From: a virus
Lineage: Duplodnaviria > Caudoviricetes
DNA: 64,000 nt
Strand: one strand, 5' to 3'
Virus record (IMG/VR): IMGVR_UViG_3300001487_000119
Location: 140,229 to 204,228 of that record
Under the pieces are notes generated by a model. That model saw only the letters and a program-made list of their open reading frames with translations. It made no database searches and had not been told where the DNA came from. Below are positions 51,465 to 61,938 of the stretch, in pieces (position 1 is the stretch's first letter; each line of letters starts with the position of its first letter). The translations under genes were made by a program, and so were the position numbers.

Positions 51465-54400
51465 TTAGTTACTGTAAACTTCTCCAAAAACCTTTTTACC
51501 ATCACCACTAAATTGAACAGTAAGATCTTTATGAGATTCAGACCAATCATTTAATACGTTTGCAACAGCATTTGCGATAACATTTGCTAATATACGATTA
51601 TTTTCTCTTTGTATTTCATCTTGTTTCTTTTGTTCCTCTTCCTTTTTATTAGGATTAAACATATTAGAAACAGTATCTTTAACATTATGTGTTGCAGCAG
51701 ATACCATATTAGCGCCGGTTTGCATAATATTGCTGAGTGACATTGTTTTTGCAATATCCCATGCTTTTGATATCGCTACTGATTTTGTCATTGCTTTATT
51801 AAGATCTTTAATACTATCAGCCATATCTTTAAAATTAGATGACATTGTTTGCATTGCTTTAGAACGGTTTTCTTCATTAGTAATTAATTCCATATCTAAT
51901 TCTTTAAATGCTTTTGCCAAATCTTTCATTCCTTCAGCAGAAACACTTAATGTCGGCTTTAATACTTCTAAACCATCAGCTACATTTACTAGTGATCCTT
52001 TTAATTTTTTTGATGATTTATATGCAGACTTAATTTTATCATTATCCTTTAAGTAATTTAAAATTAAATCAATTGATGATGTTAAATTAGTAATTTTATT
52101 TTTAGAATCTGAAGATATATCTGAATTTAATAAATTTTTGAAAGTATCTCCAATAATTCCAACTGTTTTCATCATCCGTCTGATTTTTCTATTTTCTATT
52201 TTCTAAATTTCTAAATTGCCTAAACCTGTGACAAATGCTTGAATAGCATCTACAATATTAGTTGCAGCTGTTTTCATTTTATCAACATTTAAATCATATG
52301 TTTTGTTACCAATTTGAATTTTACCTGCTGCAATTGTCATAATCGGATTAATAATATTACCGACACCGTTCATAATTAACGATAATGGTTTAGCCATTTC
52401 ATCAATACTATCACGTGCCCATAATCCTATTCGTCCAAATGATTTTGAAAGTTCAACTATAAATGTGCCAAATGCATTTGCTAATGTTTCTGCAGCCCCT
52501 GCAAAATCTTCATTAGATAACTATGCAAAAGCTATTGGTTTTCCATTTGCATCCCATTGAACAGGAACTTTACCAGATTTCATTTTAAATATAACATCAA
52601 TAAAATCTGATATTGTTCTAATAACTGTCCCTATTCCGGATTTATTTTTCTTTGCAGGAAATAATGTATCTATTACAAATTTAAATATTAAACTGCCAAT
52701 AATATCTTTAAATCCGGCTGATAATTTATTTACAAATGATGTAAATGATGTAACAATTATATCTGCTGCTGTATTAAACTCATCAGTAGTAATTTTTGTA
52801 TAATGTGTCGGTTTTCCATTTGCATCCCATTCATCTGCTATCTGTAATTTTGCCATTTTACCAATAAGATCAACAAACATACCTAATGTTTTAAATATCG
52901 GTCTGATTGTTTTACTAATTCTTCTTGCTTTAACTGCACCCCATAAACCGACTTTAGCCAATCCTTTAATTATTGCAGTAAGTGTACTAATCATACCGCC
53001 ATCACCAGTAATAATATTTAAAGTATTTTGCATTGTTGCCGGATCTATCTTACTTGCCTTTTTAAGGAATTTAAGGAATCGGTTCATAGTAAATGTAATA
53101 CTAAGAATTACACCTGCAACAACAGCAGTCATTGCAATACCAATCCAGAAAAGTGGATCAACTGCTAATGGTGATAATATATGTACTAAACCGACAACAC
53201 CAAGAATAACACCGGCTGCTAATGCAACACCACCAACCGCAGTTTCAATAGATAATTTTTGTACACGTCTTAAATATCTGGTAAAGAATAACATTGCAAT
53301 TGACAAACCTGTTATCATTAATGAAATACCGGTTACCCCAATTAAACCTGTTATAATATTTGCGGGTGTTAAAAATTTATTTATTAATTTAAATAAACCA
53401 ATTGAACCTGCTACAATTGCACTTAATACAACAAACCCCCATAAAACATCTTCTCGTTTCTTTCCAATTCTAATTGTAAATAATGATGCAATGCTTAAAC
53501 CTAAAATTAATGCAACTATTCCGATAACACCCTATAAACCTCTTTCAATCTATGTTTTTGTAAGAAATTTAGTTATACCTTTAAATAATAATATTGATAA
53601 TGCAGTAAATACAATCAATAATCCACCACCATACATAACATCTTCTGCATTTTTACCAAGTTTAATTGTAATTAACATTGCAATACTCATACCCATTATT
53701 AAACCAACAATTGCACCAACCCCCATTAAACCATTCATTATTGTCGCTTTAGTTAATCCTTTTTTAAGCCAATTGAATAAAACAATTGCACCGGCAGTAA
53801 ATGCAGCTAATAATACAGAACCAACAAAAACGGCATCAGCATTTTTACCGAGTTTAATTGTAATTAACATTGCAATACCTAAGCCCAATACCAATGATAC
53901 TATAGATGCTACACCTAATAATGCATTTTTGGCACTATTTTTAAATTGTGTAGATGAAAGTTTTTTCATTATTTGATATGAACCGATAACAAGTCCTGCC
54001 AATATTCCAATACCCCAAATCAAATCATCCCATTTATTATGTTTAGCAATACCAACAACTAATGCTAATGTAATACTTAAACTAAGTAATAATAATGACA
54101 TTGCAGCTATTCCGGGAAATGCTTTTTCTGCACTTGTTTTAAATTCAAGAGAACCTAATTTTTTCATTATTTGATATGAATCGATAATCAATAATATTAA
54201 TATTCCAAAACCAAGAGCAACTTGTGCAAAACCTGCAATTTTAAGTAATGCTACGACAGCAACTAAACTAACAGTTAATGATGTAATTAACAAACTCATG
54301 GATGCTGCCATTGCAGCAGCTGCTACCATTTTCTTTTCAATTCCCCTTTGGTTGGTTAAACTATGAACTAATGCTGAAAAGAAACTACCAATATTCCTAC

Positions 54401-55067
54401 CTACCTTAGCATTAAGTAATTTACCCATTAATGCCATTTTAACCACATCTTTAGTTGGAATATCTGTTAATGTTTTTAATAAAACTTTAAATATTGCAAT
54501 TTTCTTTATAAATTCTGTTGATGTTGGAATAGGTAATATTGCATTAACCATATTTGTTACAGCCATTTTCTTAAACTAATCAAATATGATAGAATAAAAT
54601 AATGTTAATCGTTTTCCGATAATCCATGCTTTTGCCGGATTAAATGTAAATATAGTTTTAAAGAAATTTTTAGATAAATCCATAAATACATTATTTAATG
54701 AAACAAAAGCAGTTATTATATTATTAAATGATTTTAATGCACCATCTTCAATACCAAATGATTTAATTGCAGTCGCTAGTGTATTTAATGTTTCAACTGT
54801 ATGATCTATATCTTTTTTAGATAATTTAGATATAGGTAAAATAGCACTAGATAAACTTTTAAGAGAATCCCCAAGTTTATTAATACCTTTAATATCGGCT
54901 TCAGCAACCGCGCCTATACCTGATATATTTGCAAAAAAATTAGAAGCATTTCCGCTAGCACTGCCGCCAGTACCGGCTTTCCCTTTACTTTTTAAAATTT
55001 CGCCTAAAGTACTATCAAGTAAATTTAATATACCTTCTAATAATTCTGATGAATTTTTCTTAGCCAT
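51465..55067 (-). CDS. tape-measure-like protein, code 15, 1200 aa
   Basis: five track ORFs join through TAGs; repeated hydrophobic helices (IAMLITIKLGKNA x2, WDANGKP x2). Confidence 0.72.
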
Positions 55068-55261
55068 ATATAATTAAAGCATTTTAATCCTTTTATTATT
55101 TATTTTATATTTTAGATAACTGACAAAAATAAAAAGTATCTTAAAAATATTGATTTTAAGACACTTTTTTATTTTCTTTTATAAATTTATTTATATTTTA
55201 ATTTAGAAATAGTTTTTAAAAAATTTTGAATAAATAATAAAAGATTAGTTTAATTTAAGAG

Positions 55262-55376
55262 TTGGAACGCTTAAATAAACTATTAATAATAGTTTAAATA
55301 TAATTTATATAAACATTTATTTATATTTGTTTATTCAGCGTTCCAATTTAAGAATAAACTTTATAAATAAATGTTT
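55262..55376 (+). other. inverted-repeat structure upstream of tnpB (IS left end or leader RNA)
   Basis: TTGGAACGCT-TAAATAAAC pairs with GTTTATTC-AGCGTTCCAA; second pair AAACATTTATTTATA/TATAAATAAATGTTT. Confidence 0.55.
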
Positions 55377-55386
55377 AATTTTTTAT

Positions 55387-56892
55387 ATGTTAGCATTAAA
55401 ACTAAAATATAAATGTCTAAATACATCATATTATGACATATTGAACAAATATATGTCATAGTATTCAATATGTCTCCATTATTTATACAATAGAATTAGT
55501 GATAACAATAATCTATCTGAAAAAGATTTAAGGTCTTTATGTTCAAATATCAATAACATAGATATATTGGATTCATGGTTCAAACAGTCTTGTGTTAAAG
55601 AATCTATTGCGCTATATAAATCTTTTTAGCCAAGGTATAAAGAACATGAAGAAACTAGAGAACAAAAACTAAAAGAAATAGATTTTAAACTCAAAATAGG
55701 AAAATTGTCAGAACATAAATATTCAATCAAAAAGAAATCAATATTGAATGAATTAAAACTTATATTTGGTGGAAAAGAAAATTACAGATTAAAATAGGAA
55801 AATAAAATATCTAAAGAAGAATTTAAGCAGAATAGGTTGTCGCCTTTATCTTCAATAGGAGAAAGTCAATTCAAAGGAAACAGAAAATTTAATATTAATT
55901 CTGACTTGACAATAACTTTCAAACCAAATTCTAAATAGCATTTTAATTTTAAGCTGATTTATGGACAAAACCAAGAACATTATTTAAAAACATTATATGA
56001 ATTATCTTCAAATAATTCTATATCAATTAGTTATAAACTAGATAAGAATTATATCTATATATCATTTAATGAATCTAAATTAGCTAATAAAAAATTAGAG
56101 CAAATACCAAATAGAGTTTTAGGAATAGACATGAATCCAAACTATATAGGTTGGTCTATAGTTGATTGGAAATCTAGTTCAGAATTTGAAGTTATTGAAT
56201 CTGGAGTTTATTCATTCAAGAAATTCAGTGATTTATATAAACAACTAAATGATTTAAAGAACGTTAGTTCAGATGATCCTAGAAGAATAAAGTTATCTAA
56301 TAAAAGAACTTATGAAACGGTTAAGGTTGCAGAAAACATAATCAATAAAGCAATTTATTATAAATGTCAAGTTATATCTATAGAAGATTTGAATATAAAA
56401 GCTAAAGATAGAGATAAAGGAAAGAACTATAATGCACTTTGTAATAACCACTGGTTAAGGACAACATTTGTTAATTAGATAAGGAAGAGAACTAATATTC
56501 ATAAAATATAGTTATTGGAAGTCAAACCAGAATATAGTTCATTTATAGGGAATTTCTTGTTTAGAAGTTTAAAGAAACCCGATATGATTCTGGCTTCTAT
56601 AGAATTATCTAGAAGAGGTTATGAATATTTTAATCAATATATAACAAAACAAAAAGAAATAAAAAAGAATATAGTTCAACCAAACATTAATGATTTTATT
56701 AAATTTTGGAGGATGTCTATGGAAGAATTGAGACTAGAATTTAGTGGAACCAGTTTGATAGAATTATATAACTTTATAAAATCCAAAAAGGATCTACCTT
56801 TATTTAAAGGAGATCCTAATAAAGTGAGGATCTAGATTGAAAACAATCTAGTTAGGAGGTTTTTCTCGAATAATTCATTTGTTTATATTTGA
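55387..56892 (+). CDS. tnpB: TnpB/Cas12f-like RuvC nuclease, code 15, 501 aa
   Basis: 7 in-frame TAGs; RuvC-I VLGIDMNP, RuvC-II IEDL, PEYSSFIG, RuvC-III PD...SIELSRRG; no tnpA nearby. Confidence 0.82.
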
Positions 56893-56907
56893 AACGGAAA
56901 AAATACT

Positions 56908-57753
56908 TTAAAGCTTAAAAACTTTCTCTGCGAAGCTCAGAATAGCCTAGAAATGCAATTTGACTATAGCTTCTTTACCTTTATCAGAACAAAGATACTT
57001 ACAATCATCAGCATTAGAATAGAAAAAATTTTCTGTTAAAACCGCAGGAACTGTCGGCTTTTTATTTTTAGCAGAGAACTATTCCATCTTAAAAATAACA
57101 GTAAAGTTTTCTTCCCAATCTCTGTCATTATCTGATTTGTCAGTTCTAATTTTTAATTTCTTTCCATCAAACATTTTTTCTGCTTCATCATAGAAACAAT
57201 CTGCTAATTGATCTGAAATATTATTTCCTTTTGTTGTATATGCGGACCAGCCTTTTGCTTTGTCCCATGCAGAACCTTTTCCATTTGCATTAGCATGAAC
57301 AGAAACAAAGATTCCCTTTTTGCCAGATGCTTTGATTTTATTCCATGCTCTAGTTGCACGAGTTGTTAAACTAACATCAATATCACCATCTCTATTTTCA
57401 TCTGTAGTAATAAAAACATCAATTCCCTATTTAATTAACATATCATATAAAAGATCACAAATTTCTCTATTGAATTTATATTCATAGAAATCTAAAGCAG
57501 GTTCCACTTTACATGCTGAATATGGAGAACGTTTTCCTGGTGTAGAAACAGCATGGCCTGGATCTAGGCAAACAATTAAATTTGTAAATCTTGGTTCGTT
57601 TTCTAGCACAGCCGGAACCCCATTATCATTTTTAGGCTCTTCTTTAGAAGTGTTCTTTTTTACTACTACAGTGTTCTTTTTTACTATAGTTGTTGTTTTA
57701 TGAACTACTATCGGTTCTTGTTTTTTAGATTTAAAAATATCAAATAATCCCAT
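56908..57753 (-). CDS. N-acetylmuramoyl-L-alanine amidase (Amidase_3) endolysin, code 15, 281 aa
   Basis: LDPGH, E..FNR, VSVHANA, PAVLTENFF; 3 TAGs. Confidence 0.9.
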
Positions 57754-57791
57754 AATGTTTTTCAATTATTTTTTGATATTTATTGTTGAAA

Positions 57792-57824
57792 AAACTTTTA
57801 TGTTTATTTTAATTAAAATAAATA
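57792..57824 (+). promoter_or_regulatory. middle promoter AAACT-N17-TAAAAT overlapping ATAAATA, upstream of late sigma gene
   Basis: direct motif match. Confidence 0.55.
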
Positions 57825-57852
57825 TAACACAATTAAAATAAATGAATTAGTA

Positions 57853-58251
57853 ATGATAATAGACACTTCAATAGAAGGAATTAAAACAAAAAAAGATGGA
57901 ACAGAATATGTTTCAAATCCTTTTTTGTTTAAAGAAATAATGAAATCTAAAGAATAGGATGAATTGACGCCAGAAGCAATACAAATGTTAATGCTAATGG
58001 TTGAAAATATTATTGCAAAGAAAACATTTAAAACACCTGAAGATAAAGAAGATTGCAAGCAAACAGCATTATTGGATTGTTTACAATATTGGAGAGGCTT
58101 TGATCCTGAAAAATCAAATAATCCGTTTGCATATTTTACATCAGTAATAACAAATGGTTATGCAAAAGGTTGGAATACTTTGTATCCTCAGAATAAAAAA
58201 GCCAAAGGCGCAATATTTACTAGCATAGATAACGGAATTTATTCTATTTAA
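57853..58251 (+). CDS. late transcription sigma factor, T4 gp55-like, code 15, 132 aa
   Basis: YVSN..L..EI..SK, EDKEDC...A..DC.QYW..FDPEKSNNPFAYFTSVI.N; TAG at codon 35 (57955-57957). Confidence 0.8.
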
Positions 58252-58292
58252 ATAATTGAAAATAACAAAGACAAAATATATTTTAATATATC

Positions 58293-58862
58293 ATGGAAGA
58301 AAAAAATATAGAACTTGATTCTTTACTTTTAGAAAATGGTAAAGAACTAAATGAAAAAGAGCAAAAAATTATTAAAAGTGAAGAGATTTTAAAAGATACA
58401 CTTGTTTATGAAGATGATAATCAAGTAATGCCAGGTCAATTCCAAATGCCTACTTCAGATGATGTTGCGCTTGATAAAGATAAAGCGACTGAAAATTTAA
58501 TTCAACAAGCCGCAATGTTTAAACTTCAAAAAGAAAATGAAGAATACAGAAAAATGTCAGATGACGAAAAAGTAAAAGATTATATTTGTCAATCACAATA
58601 TTATAGAGAGACTAATGATTTTTATCGTAAAAACGGGTATGAAATGACTGGTAAACAAAAACGATTCACTAAGCGGGTAATTGAAACCGCATGGAAGAAA
58701 GGAAAATTCAAGGTAACGCCTGAACAACGTGAGGATATTTTATTTGAATTAAGTAAAGCATCACGTCAAACAGTTCCGGCACAAGCACCTACTCAAGGAA
58801 CAACAGAAACCAATATTTCAGAAAATATTAAAGATTTAAATTCTTTGATTTTTAGAAAATAA
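58293..58862 (+). CDS. hypothetical protein
   Basis: 189-aa ORF. Confidence 0.75.
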   Translation: MEEKNIELDSLLLENGKELNEKEQKIIKSEEILKDTLVYEDDNQVMPGQFQMPTSDDVALDKDKATENLIQQAAMFKLQKENEEYRKMSDDEKVKDYICQSQYYRETNDFYRKNGYEMTGKQKRFTKRVIETAWKKGKFKVTPEQREDILFELSKASRQTVPAQAPTQGTTETNISENIKDLNSLIFRK

Positions 58863-58892
58863 AAAGATTCAAATAATTTGAATCTTTTTATT
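58861..58892. terminator. bidirectional terminator
   Basis: AAAAAGATTCAAA/TTTGAATCTTTTT. Confidence 0.7.
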
Positions 58893-58893
58893 T

Positions 58894-59616
58894 TTATAAA
58901 TTTATTACTGGACGAATATAGTGTGGCATAACTCTATCTTCAAGATCCACCTCCACATCAGAAGAAAAAGATAAAACATATGCATTATTATTGTTATTTG
59001 TATCCAATGATGACGTCCATATACACTCATAATTAGTATATGGGTTTTTTATAAAATATAATTTATTATTGTTATTGCCAGTTAATATTATTGCGTCACC
59101 TATATATTTTACAGTTGTATATTTTAATAATTCTTCACATTGTTCTTTTGTTGGTATATGAAATTTAAAATTATATAAATGCATATTCTATGTAGCTGCA
59201 TCATCTTCAGGCTAAAGTTCTGTTAAATTATCTTTAAATTTCCATCCACCATACTATAAATCTGTACAATATTTGTTTATTTGATAACGACCTCTTGCAA
59301 ATTTATATCTATTTTTCCATAAATAATCCTCATAACCATCAAACACTTCATCACTATAAAATTCAGTAGGTATTATATCTCCCCATCTATAATATTCACC
59401 ATAATCTCCAGATCCTAAATTGTATTTGCACCATAGTGTTCCTGATGGAAGACCCAAATCTACTACTTCATTCATTAAATCAACATATTCTTTCATTCCG
59501 CCTTGATATTTAACTTTACTATTAGTCTGACCTTGAATATCATTATCTTCATAGTCGTCTAATGCAAATTTAATTCCCCTATTAACTGCCTCTACTATTT
59601 GTTTATAATTTATCAT
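58894..59616 (-). CDS. paralogue 6 of VDLGLPSG family, code 15, 240 aa
   Basis: joins through 3 TAGs; ends HYIRPVINL. Confidence 0.85.
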
Positions 59617-61838
59617 ATACCATTTGTTATTACTGCATTTGTTTGGGCATCAATATATTCTTCAAGTAATTGCAACCGTTTTTCAAGCCATTCAATTTTT
59701 TCTTGTAATTTAACTGTTTCCGGCATTCCATTATCACCCGGATTTTCATATGCAATATTTTCAGCTTTATGGTGGCAATAAACACCGCTAACAGAATTTT
59801 CATTTGCAATAGAATCATTCATGTGTGCAATTAAACCTGCAGAATTTAAATCTGATTTAATAGCAATATGTAAAGCATCATCATTAACATCTTGAATTAA
59901 ATCTGAAACTTCACTGGTTGTCATTAAATTATCAGGGAATGACATTATAATGGTTTCTGACCAATTTGATTTTAACGGATTATTAGGGTATCCTGCTTCA
60001 GAAATAGTTCTTACTTTAATTTCTACTTTTTCACCTTTAGTAATAGGAATATCAATTTGATTAATATTAATTTCAGAACCATCGGCTACATTTTCAGCTT
60101 TCCAAATAAACATTTTTGAATTATTATCCCAAATACGTTGTTTTAACGCACTTTGTGTAATAATCCAATCAGTAAATGTTCCTGTAACAATAGTATTTCC
60201 GTCATTATCAGTATAATTAAACGTATTTAATTGAACACCTGTATTATCTTCACAAATATAACGGTATGCAATTTCAAAACCGATAATTTCTTCCGGATAT
60301 GTTTGTTCATCATCACGGTATCTCGGTGCCGGTATCGGGAAGAAGCCTCTAATGCGATATTTAGGATCTTCAACAACCGCTTTATTTTCTTTAACAGATG
60401 TTTGGAAACGTTTAACTAATGATGTATATTGGGTTTGTTGAATTTCTAATTGTTTTGTATTTAATGCAATTTCATTCTATGCGCTATTATATTCATCTGT
60501 TGTTTTTGCATTATTCAAATTAGATTTTTGAGAAGCGATAGTTTTCTGTGTTGATTCTACAAGTGATCTTGTTGATTCAATCTATGCCGCCAAGTTTTTT
60601 AAATCGTTAACATCCAATGATGCGTTAATTTGTGTATTAATTTGAACAACACGTAAATCTGTTGCAGAAATAACCGGTATATTCGGAATATGTCCATAAT
60701 ATGCCGATACGCGTCTCTCTTTAGATTCTGCAATCCATTGAGCACCCCAGTCAGAAACAAATGATGTATAATATTGTTTAAGATTAATATTTACATTATC
60801 TTCATTAACTAATTCATTTGTTGAAAATTGAATCGGATCTGACCATTCATTTGATAATAAATTAAATGCTTCATTAACACCTTTGATATAAATTATATTA
60901 TATTCATTTACATTAACTCTTACATTAATAACTTTGCTTCTGAATGGATCTTGATATATTCTGAATATAGAATAAACACCAGGGAATGCAGCACCGCTTA
61001 AAACCTTTAAACGAACTTTATTATTATTTTGATCAACTTCAACAACAGAAAATAATGTATCATTATATGCCAATCTGTCTCCAATAGAAAGAATATTGTT
61101 TCTACCGATATTTTCACCGTTTTCATTAATAGTAGCATAATTTAATGTATCAAATGTATACCATGTATTTCCATTAATAATTTCCGGATCATACATTATT
61201 TGAAAATCACCGGCAATTGTATTGCTAACTAATGGTAATTGAATTTCTTCGGTATCTTCTGAATAACTAATTCCATTATATGCTAATAATGATTTTAATG
61301 AAACATAATCATAATTTGTATTAGATAATGTATTTGCCCAGAATTGCTGAGCCGCTTGATCATTCGCATCTAATATAATTCTAGTTAATTTAACTCTATC
61401 AGCAGAATCTTCAATTTGTGATGTTAAATCTAAAGATACTGTCAACCCTGGGAACATCAAATCTTCAAAGAACCAATTACTGTCAATTTTAAATGTTGAC
61501 GGTGCTTGGACATTTGTAATTCTATTTGGTGTCTATGGAAGATTTGTTAATACAATTTGTCTACGTGATCCGTCATTAAATGTTAATGTAGAACGACCAG
61601 CTGACAAATTTGACATATTTCTTTCCAATGCTTTTAATCTATTAGTAACAGATATATAACTTGGTAGCTAATATGTTGTTACAGAACTATCTTTTAAGTT
61701 TTCATAATCATATTGGACTACGGTATCTTTTGTAGAAATTGATTTTTGAATTGATTCTAATAAAGCTAATGCATTAGTTTGCGCAGTAATTGTTTTACGC
61801 ATATTTTCAGCAAAGCTATTAATCTTATTACTACTCAT
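59613..61838 (-). CDS. putative virion structural protein, code 15, 741 aa
   Basis: track ORFs join through TAGs; ATAAATA upstream. Confidence 0.75.
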
Positions 61839-61938
61839 ATAATTTAATTAAATATTTACTATTTTTTTATTTATTTACAAAAAGTCAATACATTATTTTT
61901 TAAATATAAATAATAAAAGCTAAATAGACTTAATTTAC

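Noticed and set aside
19161-56892. TGA recoding
   Set aside because: TGA ends genes at expected positions (19163, 20190, 56892) and was not found interrupting conserved domains
55100-57000. CRISPR-Cas12f locus
   Set aside because: No repeat-spacer array seen near the nuclease or elsewhere in the window
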